Assembly (NCBI GenBank): GCA_030704615.1
Contig: CM060734.1
Coordinates: 33,790,001-33,854,000, forward strand
Source: Takakia lepidozioides
Lineage: Eukaryota; Plantae; Bryophyta
Length of the DNA: 64,000 bases
Direction: 5' to 3'
Position 1 is the stretch's first letter. Each line of letters starts with the position of its first letter. A program made the position numbers and the translations under genes. The notes beneath the pieces are model-generated. The model saw only the letters and a list, made by a program, of their open reading frames with translations. It ran no database searches and had not been told where the DNA came from. Below, piece after piece: positions 24,158 to 35,718 of the stretch.

Positions 24158-25985
24158 TTGATAAAATCAGGCACCTCAACCATGACCACAGCTTCTGGAA
24201 GAGGATCAAGAAAGGGAGTCCACAATGCCTCTTCTGGCACTTCTGGGCATGTGAAGATGCCTTGTGAGGCACGCAGACTGAAAGAGGCTCTACAAACTTT
24301 AAACCAAGGAGGCATTTCAGCAGATTCCGCATGTCTGTGTCTTGCATAAGAGCATCAAGGTGAAAGGCCTGGAAGTTGGAAAGCAGGTGCACACTCACAT
24401 TATCCAAAGTGGATTCACGCCAAATGTTTTTCTCCTCAACACCCTTGTCAACATGTATGTTAAGTGCGGGAGCATCATGGATGTTCACCAAGTGTTCAAC
24501 AGAATGCCTCAACGATCTTTGATCACGTGGAATATAATGTTGGCAGGATTTACCAAGCATAGGTGTGGTAGGAATGCTTTGGAGACCTATGAGCAAATGA
24601 TGGGGGAAGCGGTGAAGCCCAACCACATCACGTTTGTGAGCGTTCCATCATGGATGTTCACCAAGTGTTCAACAGAATGCCTCAACGATCTTTGATCACG
24701 TGGAATATAATGTTGGCAGGATTTACCAAGCATAGGTGTGGTAGGAATGCTTTGGAGACCTATGAGCAAATGATGGGGGAAGCGGTGAAGCCCAACCACA
24801 TCACGTTTGTGAGCGTTTGCAGTGCGTGTGCAAGCCTGGCAGCCCTGGAAAAGGGCAAAGAGGTGCATGGCGACATCGTGAGAGCTGGAATCCTACCAGA
24901 TGTCATCCTAAATACTGCCCTGGTGGACATGTATGCCAAATGTGAGTGCATCGAGGATGCAAAGGGAGTGTTCGACAATATGGCTGAACGAAATGTGGTG
25001 TCATGGAGTGCGATGCTCACAGGATATGCACAACAAGGGCGCGGGATGGAGGCTTTGGAGACCTATGAGCAAATGATGGGGGAAGGGGTGAAGCCCAACC
25101 ACATCACGTTTGTGTGCGTTTGCAGTGCGTGTGCAAGCCTGACAGCCCTGCAAAAGGGCAAAGAGATGCATGGTGACATCGTCAGAGCTAGAATCGTACC
25201 AGATGTGATCCTGAACAATACCCTGGTGGACATGTATGCCAAATGTGGGAGCATTGAGCATGCAAAGGGAGTGTTCGACAATATGGCTGAACGAGATGTG
25301 GTGTTGTGGAGTGCGATGATTGCAGGATATGCACAACAAGGGCGCGTGATGGAGGCTTTGGAGACCTATGAGCAAATGATCTGCGAAGGGATGAAGCCCA
25401 ACCACGTCACATTTGTGTGCGTTTGCAAGCCTGGTAGCCCTGGAAAAGGGCAAAGAGGTCCATGGTGACATTGTCAAAGCTGGAATTGTACCCAATGTCA
25501 TTCTGAACTCTGCCCTGGTGGACATGTATGCCAAATGTGGGAGCATTGAAGATGCAAAGGGATTGTTCAACACTATGGTTGAACGAGATGTGGTGTCGTG
25601 GAACACGATGCTTGCAGGGTATGCACAGCAGGGGCGCGAGATGGAGGCCTTGGAGACGTATGAGCAATTGATGGGGGAAGGGGTGAAGTGCAACCACATC
25701 ACGTTTTGTGTGCGTTCGCAATGCTTGTGCAAGCCTAGCAGCCCTGGAAAAGGGCAAAGAGGTGCATGGTGACATCGCCAAAGCTGGAATTGTACCAGAT
25801 GTGATTCTGAACAATACCCTCGTGGACTTTTATGCCAAATGTGGGTCCATCGAGGATGCAAAGGCAGTGTTTGATAAGATGGCTGCACAAGATGTGGTAT
25901 CATGGAACGTGATGATCGCAGGATATGCCCAGCAGGGTCACGGGATGGAGGCTTTGGATACCTATGAGCAAATGATGGGCAAAGG
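24158..25985 (+). pseudogene. PLS-class PPR array, copy 2 (N-terminus plus several P-L-S triplets, frameshifted, no E/DYW)
   Basis: Repeated PNHITFV.VCSACASL.AL.KGKE.HGDIV / NT.LVDMYAKCGS / DVVSW..M..GYAQQG; exact 172-bp duplication 24473-24644 = 24646-24817. Confidence 0.92.
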
Positions 25986-26089
25986 GTACCACCGACAGTT
26001 TGGAGGCTATGATGGCTTCATATGTGTGGGGAAAAAGAAGCGAAGGGATAAAGTGTGGCCAGATTTCAGGCACAAGATTACTTATGATT

Positions 26090-27190
26090 CCCTTTGAATC
26101 AATAGCTACTAGCAACCTGCATGGGACGTAGATGGTCAACTGGAAGCTGCAGCAGCAACAACACAATTGATAAATTCAGGCACTGCTAATGGAGGCACCT
26201 TCTTCAACACATTTCACCCTGTTTTTCCCTCTTATCAGAATCGGTCCTGAATTTTCATGTTGAATTCTGCAAGTTAGATGGTTGAGTGAACCTTTGATAG
26301 TTTGGAGTGACTGACTGATATTGCCAATGTGACAATAGGAAAATATCCAAAAACAGGTAACAGAGACAAGGAGACCAGGAGCTGTGGAATGAATACTTTT
26401 CTGACCCCAGTCAATGGTGGGACAATCGAGGCAAAAGGTAAATGCCTGTTGGATTACAGAGAATAGCAAATGCAATTGAGCATAAGAACTAGTGTGATAA
26501 GTTGAGTTGGGTGTTTCCTAGAACAATTAGGCTTTCATTGTCAGTTGCTAGCAGCACGGAAATGGTGAATGCATGATTTGTGCAAAGGCATGGATAGCTG
26601 AAGGAGCAGGGATAGAGTGTGGGTCCAGATTCATCTAAGAGGGCCAGATTTCAAGCTCCACAATACCTGTGATTCCCTATGGATCAATAGCTACCAGAAA
26701 CCTGCATGGGTAGATGGTCAACTGGCAGCAGCGGCACAATTGATATAATCAGGCATTGCTAATGAAAGCATCTTCTTCAACACATTTCACCCTATTTTTC
26801 CCTCTTATTAGAAACGGCCCTAACTTTCCATGTTGAATTCTGCAAGTTAGCTGGTTGAGTGAATCTAGTTTGGAGTGACTTTGACATGATACTGCCGATG
26901 TGACAACAGGAAAGTATTCAGAAACAAGTAATAGAGACGAGGACAAGCTGTGGAATGAATACTTTTCAGACCCCAGTCAATGGTGGGACAATCGAGGCAA
27001 GAAGGTGAATGCTTGTTGGATTATAGAGAGTAGCAGATGCAATTGAGCATAGGAACTAGTGTGATAAGTTGAGTTGGGTGTTTAGGCTGCCATCGTCAGC
27101 TGCTAGCAGCAAGGCAAGGATGTATGCTTGATTTGTGCAGAGGCATGGATAGCTGAAGAAGCAGGGATATAGTGTGGGTCCGGACTCAGG
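26090..27190. repeat. ~590-bp internal tandem duplication within the CACTA element
   Basis: ~26090-26620 matches ~26670-27190; the same modules recur at ~22950-23290 and ~24090. Confidence 0.8.
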
Positions 27191-28126
27191 TGTTTCCGCC
27201 TTGGCAGGTTGCTCAGTGACCTTCCCTTGTAGCTTTGGAGTATAGTGAGTGTCTCACAATGCAATGTTGGTTGGTGCATCTTATGCAGGAGCTTGGAAAA
27301 CAAACAAATGTCATTTTTTGGAGCTTTAGGCTGAATCTCTGTGTTGGGCTGCATTGCGTAGCCTGGCCTCTGCCTCAGACTCAGACTCAGATCTTTGATC
27401 TCAGACTCAAGCTCTTTGATGTCAGACTGAAGTGTATTTGGGCAATGAAGCACTTATGTAATTTTGAATTATCGTTGCATCTGCTCATTCTATCTGTTGT
27501 TCTGGCCATGCTTAGTCAGTTCTTCATGTCATGAGCAGGTTGTTGCCGTGATGCTTTGGAATTGTGTTTAGGTGTCTTTAGATCGTGATACTGACCACAA
27601 GCAACCTACGGTGAACTGTGGTATCCTCCATATTTATGTGGAATGTCCTACAACGTAGGCCGTAGTATATTTCACACCCGCTATGGTCTTCTCCACAGTA
27701 TAGGCAGTAAAATACTCCACACCCACACCAAGAGTTGCTCCAAAATATGCCACGTGTCGCCCTGACAAAAATACACGTGGTGCCCATACCGTTGCCCATA
27801 TGTCGTCAAGCCATGGTGACAGGCTGTCGCATAATTTTCCCGTAGATGTGGACAAGTCCACACCCTTTGTACGTTTAGGATCCACGTGGCGGTGTTCGCC
27901 AAAGCACACGTCGCCCGTGGAAAAAGCCATTCACCCCGTGAAAAAAACCACCTGTGGATTCAGCCACCCATGGACTTTTCCACAGGGCCACCCGAGAGCC
28001 AGGCCGTCCACGGGGTGTCCGAAAGCACTAGTCGTTTCTTACACCCACGACAGGTGTGGATTGCGGCTGATTCCACAGCAAAAAGTGTGGAAAAAGCCGT
28101 GGAAAAAGCCGGTTTCTCTTCTAGTG

Positions 28127-31100
28127 TATGATGTGCTTGTTGGTGGGGCGGTGTTATACCCCATGGGATTCACTCTGGACTTTTGGGAGGAAACGACATC
28201 CTACAGGCCGGAATGGCAGTCAGGAGATGGCCGATGTGCACTGCTCCCAGTGCGGTTTTTTGGGAATGTAGCGGTGGATCATAGGAACATGATGCCCACA
28301 TTGGCTGCATTCTCAGGGGTGGTGGCTTGGGGTCGTGAGCTCTTGGAGGGAAATAGCCATTCAGATGATAGGCCATCACCTGATGAGGACAAACAATTGG
28401 CATACAAGGCTGATTTGCTTCTTCATGTGCCTGTGCATATTCCACTGTGGGGTACGGTTGGGAATTTGCATCGAGTAGCAGGCGAGTGTGTGCACCAAGC
28501 ATGGCGGGAGGCCTTTCCATTGGTGAGTGAGGGGAGTTCAGTGACATCACCTGGACCTCCTGAGTTAGCTCCTTTGGACACAGTGCCCATTACCTGGCAA
28601 CCACCTGACTCAGGGATTTGTTTGCTAGACCTGTTTGGAGGCATGAGCACTGGGCTTGCAGGAGTGTTGCAAGTAGGGATTAAAGTACGCAAGTACTTGT
28701 ATGTGGAGAAGGATGAGATTGCTCGGCGTATTTCCATGCGCCACATTGCCTTGCTCACACACCGGTATCCTGAGTTGTTGCCTCTTTCAGCAGTTCAAGG
28801 GTATCAAAAGGCCTTGCCAGCAGACATTACCTTGCTGGGGGCGGATGATTCGCAGCGGCATGGTCCCATTGACTTGGTGATAGCCGGATGGCCTTGCCAA
28901 GGACACTCTCCCGCAGGTCATGGGAATGGCTTGCATGATGCATGATCGCATTTGTTTTGGGAGATGTTGCGAGTGTTGCGGGACTTGCAGACGAGGCAAG
29001 TGCAACCTCTAGGCTATATCTTGGAGAATGTTCATCTTATGGGGGATTCTCGGGCCAGGGTTATGGCCAGTGTGCATCAGGCGCGGTCTTGGATTGGATC
29101 GGCGGTGCTATTGGATGCAGCAGCGGTGGGATCACGCGCGCATCGACCTCGATTGTGGTGGACCAATCTTGCACCACCAGAGCTGCTCAAGAAAGCATAC
29201 GATTCCATTCATCGTCTACCCAATCTCATGGTTGAGGGCATTTTGGACCAAGGGAGACAACCACAGAGGGTGCGACATAATGACCGTCCACCTCTAGCGG
29301 TGGTCAATCGAGTGGGGCAGCCACGTGCGGCCTTGCCTACGCTCATGAGCTTTCCCTCGTCTCATGCTTTTCGAGACAATGGTCCTGGATTGATTTGGGA
29401 CAGTGTGCTACAGCAATTGGTGGAGCCCAATGCGGATGAGCGAGAGCGGACAATGGGATTTGCAACCGGCATTACAGATGTGCCAGCTCTGTCAGAGGCA
29501 TCATGCCGCCAAGTGTTGGGTCAAGCAATGGATCTAAATTGCTTGACATGGATAATTGGCTTGTGCATGGCTGAGCAACGAAGATTGCAAGCATTGATGA
29601 CTACTTCTGTACTCCCATTGGATGGTGCATCCTCCCTGCCAACCGGGACGGTTGAGGCAGTGAGTGGGGGCGAGCACAGGATCGTGGGTTGCAAACACCC
29701 ATGATAGATGTGGGATGAGATGCGCAAAGAGAGAGTCATTAGATCTCTCAAGCAGCAGTATGAGGAGTGGGGAGAGCCATGGACTGAGGATCAGTTGGAG
29801 GCCAAGGTGACCAAGGTTTTTGAAGAGGTTGAGGATGTTTCTTGCATGGAGGATGTTCTCAAGGTGGCTATGGTGGAGCAAGTGGAGGCTACGCCACAGT
29901 CAGATTGGGCGGACAAGGCCTAAGAGGTTGCTATCTAGCAACCAAAGGATTCGTCTCCTACCTCCAAGCCTGGTGTACCCAAGGTTGCAGTCACTGAGGA
30001 CAATTGGGAACCAGATGTTGGATCTACAGTCACCGGAGGAGAGAGACGGAGGATCCAGCGATTTCTAAGGGCTTATAGAAATTGCTTTGCCTTCAGTTTG
30101 AAGGATTTGGGGAGTTTGAAAGGTCAGGAGATTTGTATTGATTTGGCAAGTGACACGCCAATCTTTCGAAGGCCCTACCGGTATAGTGACATGGAGAGGT
30201 CATTGATCCAGTCACGGACTATGAAGTGTTCGAAGCTGGATTGATGGAGTTGTCAAGCGGGGAGTATGCCTCGGCAACGGTGATGCCAGCTAAGAAGGAT
30301 ATCTATGGCAATTGGACAGAAAGAAGGATGTGTGGGGACTATCGTCCTGTGAACCGTCAGACTAAGTCCAATAGATATGCCATGCCAACTCCAGAGGAGA
30401 TCTTTGATGCCATTGGGCATGCAAAGGTGTTTAGCACATTGGACTTGCGATCCGGTTACCACCAGTTGCCAATCAAGAGGCTGACAAGCAAAAGACCAAC
30501 ATTCTGGGGGATTGACCAACATGGGAAGGATTGTTTGTACCAATGGCGGTTCTTACCGTTTGGGTTGAAGAATGCTTCTGCAGAGTTTTAGAGGGTCATG
30601 GATAGGATTCTTGCGGGGCTAGACTTTGCCTGGTGCTATATTGATGACATCATTGTCTTTAGTGCTACGGTTGAGGAGCATGAGAGACACCTTCAGGTGG
30701 TGTTTGAGCGCTTGAGAGCGCACGGGTTGAAACTGTGCAAGTTCTTCCACAATCAGATTGAGTATCTGGGCCACATGATATACCCTGGAGGATTGGGTGT
30801 TCAACAGACAAAGGTGGAGGCCATTGCATGCATTCCACGCCCCATGGATGTGAGTAGAGTTTGTGCTTTCATGGGATTGGCAAACTACTATCGACGGTTT
30901 GTCAAGGGATTTAGCAGCATTGCAAAGGCTCTTACCAAGTTGACCAAGGTGGGTCAGGAGTGGCAATGGGAGGAGGAGCAGGAGGAAGCATTTGAGAAAC
31001 TCAAGGCTCGATTGACTTCTGCACCTATTCTGAGGCGGCCTATTCGGAGGCGGTCTTTCCAGCTACATACGGATTGGAGTATGTTGGGGATTGGAGCAGT

Positions 31101-31155
31101 GCTCACACAGGTGGAGGATGAGGGAATGGAGTTCGTAGTGGCATATGCTAGCAGA
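28127..31155 (+). mobile_element. pol: pol of the DNMT-bearing element: protease C-terminus, C5-methyltransferase, RT, RNase H N-terminus (truncated)
   Basis: One frame from YDVLVGG to the RT N-terminus (FAFSLKDLG..PIFRRPYRYS) broken only by point stops; then RMCGDYRPVN, LDLRSGYHQ, LPFGLKNA, YIDD, LHTDWS, VAYASR. Confidence 0.93.
28613..29565 (+). pseudogene. DNMT3-like DNA (cytosine-5) methyltransferase domain inside pol
   Basis: Motif I LDLFGG, II YVEKD, III ADI, IV GWPCQG (28892-28900), VI ILENV, VIII AHRPRLWWTNL, IX/X ERERTMGF..G.T...RQVLGQA; one in-frame TGA at 28943-28945. Confidence 0.93.
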
Positions 31156-32197
31156 CCCCGCAGCAGCAACAAGGACGACACACGCCTCTGCCCAGCCTGC
31201 GCGGCTAGACAAACTCAAATGACGTCTCCACTAATTTTTTTTAGTGGCCATGACCTTGAATTACATATAATAACATGGGTAAATGGGTGTGGATGGAAAG
31301 ATATCATTAGGATGTGGCATCACGGGATAATGAATTGGGCATAAAAGAACAAATCAGTATTTGAACAAATCAAATAGTCATAGTCAAGGGATTATCTATT
31401 TTAGCTAACCCACTACGATCACCAAATTTGGAGCTTACACATACACTATGTATAGAGGCCATCCACGGCCATGCCATCTTTGTTGTCTCAGACCTCGAGG
31501 ATTAATGGGGTGATTAATGGGGTGTACTTTTCATGTCTCGAGTGTAGTGCTAGTTTTCCAAAAATCTCTCCAATCTAACCTCAATTTATGCTAATACTCA
31601 ATCACATTTTGTCTAATTAAGGATGTTTACCTTATAAGTATCCGCTTTCTTATAGCTATAAATTACGAAAAGGTTAAGATAACCAACTTATACAATGGTA
31701 GGCACATGACTTTTTTCTTAGAAGGCTCACCCTCAAAAAGAGCAATTGCAATAAAGTGAAGTGACTCTTAATTATGCTACAGCTGGAGTCTTCTCACTCT
31801 TTAGAGGTTGAACTAAGTTTAGGGTTTGATTACAAGTTTTCGCCCTTTCACCCCCCCTACCAAATTAACATCTATTCTTAAAAATCATTGAAATTCATCT
31901 GATAAAATCATAGCTATCTACATCATCCAAAATAGAATACATGAGGAACCTATGACCAGCAAGAGTCAGTCAAACTCAGTCAACATATAAGGTCTTAAGG
32001 TCATTCAACCCAAAGTACTAGAGTATTTAGGACACAACCAATAATAGAATCACAACCCATCAGACCTAAGAATGTTGACGTTATTTTATTTTATTTTTTG
32101 GAAAAAATAGATGTCGGCCAAATTAAAATTGAAGAAACATTCCTCAAAAGCCATGAATTGCATATTTAAACTTCATATTAAAAACACGAGTGGCATT

Positions 32198-35100
32198 TTG
32201 GACGACATTTTGATATTTTCACAGAATGAAGAAGAGCATGGTCGCCATGTACGCCTTGTCCTTGATAAATTGAGGGAAAAATGACTATATGCCAAGTTGG
32301 AAAAATATTTTTTCCACCAATCTGAAGTCGAATTTTTGGGCTACATTATTTCCGACAAATGAGTCTTTATGGATCAGAAGAAAATACAAATCATCATCGA
32401 GTGGATTAAACCAACTTCAGTCCGAGATGTACAATGTTTTTTAGGATTTGCAAATTTCTATAGAATCTTCATAAAAAACTACTCCAAAATTGCTGCACCA
32501 TTGACACGACTCATAGGGAAGGACAAATTTGTATGGAACGAGAAGGCTGATCAAGCATTTGAAAGTCTGAAGCAGACATTTACAACGGCTCCAATATTGG
32601 TACATGCAGACCTATCTAAACCACTCTTTTGGAAACAGATGCATCGGACTTTGCACTTGGCGCGGTACTCTCTCAATACAGTACAGATGGCCGACTCCAC
32701 CTTGTTGGTTTTCGTTCTCACAAATTTTCCGCTGCGGAGATCAATTATGAAATCTATGACAAAGAAATTCTAGCGATTATCGATGCTTTTGAGGAGTGAC
32801 GTCATCTATTGGAGGGAGCTAAACATCAGGTCACTGTCTATACCGATCACAAAAACCTCGAGTATTTTATGAGTGCTCGTGTTTTGAATCGACGTCAAGC
32901 GAGATGGAGTATGTCACTAGCAAGGTTTGATTTTGTTATTGCCTACCATCCCGGACATCTTCAAGAAAAACCAGCTGCTCTTTCTCGACGATCGTATCTT
33001 GCGCGAAAAGAAGGGGATACAGCTTTTGACCAACAGAAATCCATCATCTTGAAACCAGCAAATCTCCAATTGAATATGCTATCCATGTCCACCTATGACG
33101 ATGTAGAGATCATAAAGGAGATTCAGGAAGCACTGAAGAGCGACCAATTTGCCACGACACTACGAAGTCAATTAAATCGACCTTGAGACAACCCACATGT
33201 TACAAACGACTTCGAATTCAAAGATGTCTTACATTATTTCAAGGGACTTCTCTATGTACCTCCAGGACCTACACGACTTCGAATTCTTCAAACATGTTAT
33301 GATCTTCCAGCTGAAGGACATTTCGACTTCAACAAAACAATGTAATTGATATCCAGGGACTATTGGTGGCCGCACTTGTGGAAACTCGTGAAAGAATTTG
33401 TAAAATCTTATGACACCTGTGCTAGGGCGAAGGGACCACGACATCGACCTTATGGCCTTCTTCAAACCATTACCCATTCCCAAAGGTCCATGGTCATCCT
33501 TGTCTATGGACTTCTTCCAATTTCCAAGACCACCGACTCAATCCTTGTTATTGTGGATCGTTTTACGAAGATGACACATTTCATTTCATGTAATAAGACG
33601 GTTACTGGTGAGGAAACTGCAAGACTCTTCCTCAATAATATCTACCGCATTCATGGACTCCTGAAGGACATCGTATCTGATCGAGGACCACAGTTCATAT
33701 CAAATTTCTGGAGGGGATTATTTCAAATATTGGATATTAAGATCAACCTCTCTACAGCTAATCATCCACAAACTGATGGTCAAACCTAACGCAAAAAACC
33801 CGATTTTGGAGCAATATATTCTTTGTACGATAAATTATCACCAAGATAATTTTGGACGGACCTTCTACCATTAGCTGAGTTTGCCTACAACAACACTATA
33901 TATTCTTCGACCAAGCAAACTCCATTTTTCTCCAATTATGCGAGCAAACCATTTCCACATGAAAACTGTTGGAAGCCCTGCTGTAGAAAAGCTTGCTACT
34001 CATCTTGTTACGCAAGGAGCTTACATTCCGCCTCGTGGAAACTCAAAAACAATACAAGGAGTATGGAGATCAACATCGTCAATTCCAACCCCAGTTCAAG
34101 GTCGAAGATCGTGTGTGACTTCTTCGACGGGAAATACAAACCTCGCGACCATCAAGGAAGTTGGATTATCAACGCATGGGACCATTCAAAATTATTCGAC
34201 AAATAAATCAGGTCAGTTTTCGGCTCCCACGAAGTATGCACATCTATCCAGTCTTTCATGTTTTATTATTGGAATTGTATCATCTATCGAATATTTTAGG
34301 GAGAGTCTCTGTACCACCTCCACCAATTGACGTCAATCAGAAAATCAAGTATGAAGTCGACAAAATCGTAGACTCTCGCATCAAGTATAAACGTCTTGAG
34401 TATTTCGTACAATGGAAAGCCTACAATATCAGCGAACGAACGTGTGAACCTGCATCCAATCTCGCCAATGCATCTGACAAAGTCCAAGAGTTTCATCAAA
34501 GATATCCAGCTAAGCCCCGAACTGTACGTCAATAAGACGTCACAACAATGATGTCAGCCAACAATGATGTCAGGAAGGAGCATGACACATCAATATATAT
34601 AGCTACACTTCCAGCACTCTTGCATCTTGTATTGGCAATATGGAGTCACAGGAACCAGATACATTGAAGTTGTCGCTTACCCAACTACCAGATCAGTCAT
34701 TCTGACTCTCACGACCTTCCACATCACGCCGACATTCTCGAGACAATGGGCCACCAATGCGACGCGTACTTCCTCGTCTGGACCCCGTCCGACGGCAAGT
34801 GAAGTCTATTCGAAGTCTGATAATTTTGTTGGAGGTTGAGGCTTCGGACCCAGAGGGCAACAAAATCATGTTTAAAGGCAGTTTCGAAAATCAGAATGCT
34901 CAAATCACTACGTGGTCCCAAGTTCAAGGTATTGGACACTATCGATGGTTGCAGGGACCTATTAATCATTTGAGTCAAGAACGAAGAGCTGAATACTTGG
35001 CAAGTACTATTCGCCGGATTTTGGATTTTCTCCAGCTCTAAGCAAGTCCAAGATTTCACCGCTCCTCGATGAACTCGGCGCTAGAGGAGGGGGTGATATC

Positions 35101-35718
35101 ACGGACATAGCCCAAAGGAACTTATCAGGAGTAAATACCAGAAGTTACTAAGTTACCGTGATCTACCATGATCTATTATGATTTATCATAAGTTACCAAG
35201 TTACCGGAAGTTTACCAAATTACCGAGAGTAACTTGGAAAACTGCTCAGGAAGCTTCTTTTGGAGGAAACTTCTCCAACAAGATACCTCATTTGTTTAAA
35301 GAAACTTCTCCATCAAGATACCTCTTTTGTTTAAGGAAACTTCTCTATCAAGAAACCTCATTTGGGGAAGCCTCTTAGGGAACCTCCTGGTAGCCAGTAT
35401 ATATAGGAGACGAGACTAGACACTCTTCAGTCTCGCCAACATCAGTTCAAGCTACTCTTGTTTCCAGTTCCCAGTACTCCAGTCCAGTTCCCAGTACTCT
35501 AGCCAAGTTTCCAGTATCTGGTACTTCAGTCCAGTTTTCAGCATTCTAGTATTCAAGTCGTGTTCCAATATCTTGTGCTATTGTTCATTGTTATAAAGAT
35601 CGTCTTGATTCTTATTTACTCATCATGCATTCGGCCACGCCGACCTTGACTTTTTGTCTAGTCTTATACCTTTAGTCTGATCTCTTGTTTGTGTTCAGTC
35701 ATGTTCTCGTCCTTGACA
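32198..35718 (+). mobile_element. 3' half of a Tcn1-like chromovirus: RT C-terminus, RNase H, integrase, chromodomain, small extra ORF, PPT, 3' LTR
   Basis: LDDILIFS at 32198; FLGFANFYRIFI; [10 protein letters not shown]; VSDRGPQF, HPQTDGQT; chromodomain YEVDKIVDSR..YFVQWKAY; PPT 35084-35093; LTR 35097-35718 (TA...CA). Confidence 0.92.

Larger units (their letters stand above)
21549..28126. mobile_element. Non-autonomous CACTA (En/Spm) transposon, 6578 bp, carrying PPR fragments
   Basis: TIRs CACTAGAAGAGAAACCGGCTTTT / AAAAGCCGGTTTCTCTTCTAGTG; 3-bp TSD TAT (21546-21548, 28127-28129); CCACGG-type subterminal repeats; no transposase seen. Confidence 0.97.

Noticed and set aside
27800-28126. N-terminal 109 aa of the 381-aa ORF as part of the methyltransferase protein
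   Set aside because: It is CACTA subterminal/TIR sequence that happens to be in frame.
28613-29565. Host DNMT3/DRM gene or bacterial restriction-modification contaminant
   Set aside because: Intronless, in frame with retroviral-type protease and RT, and surrounded by plant TEs.
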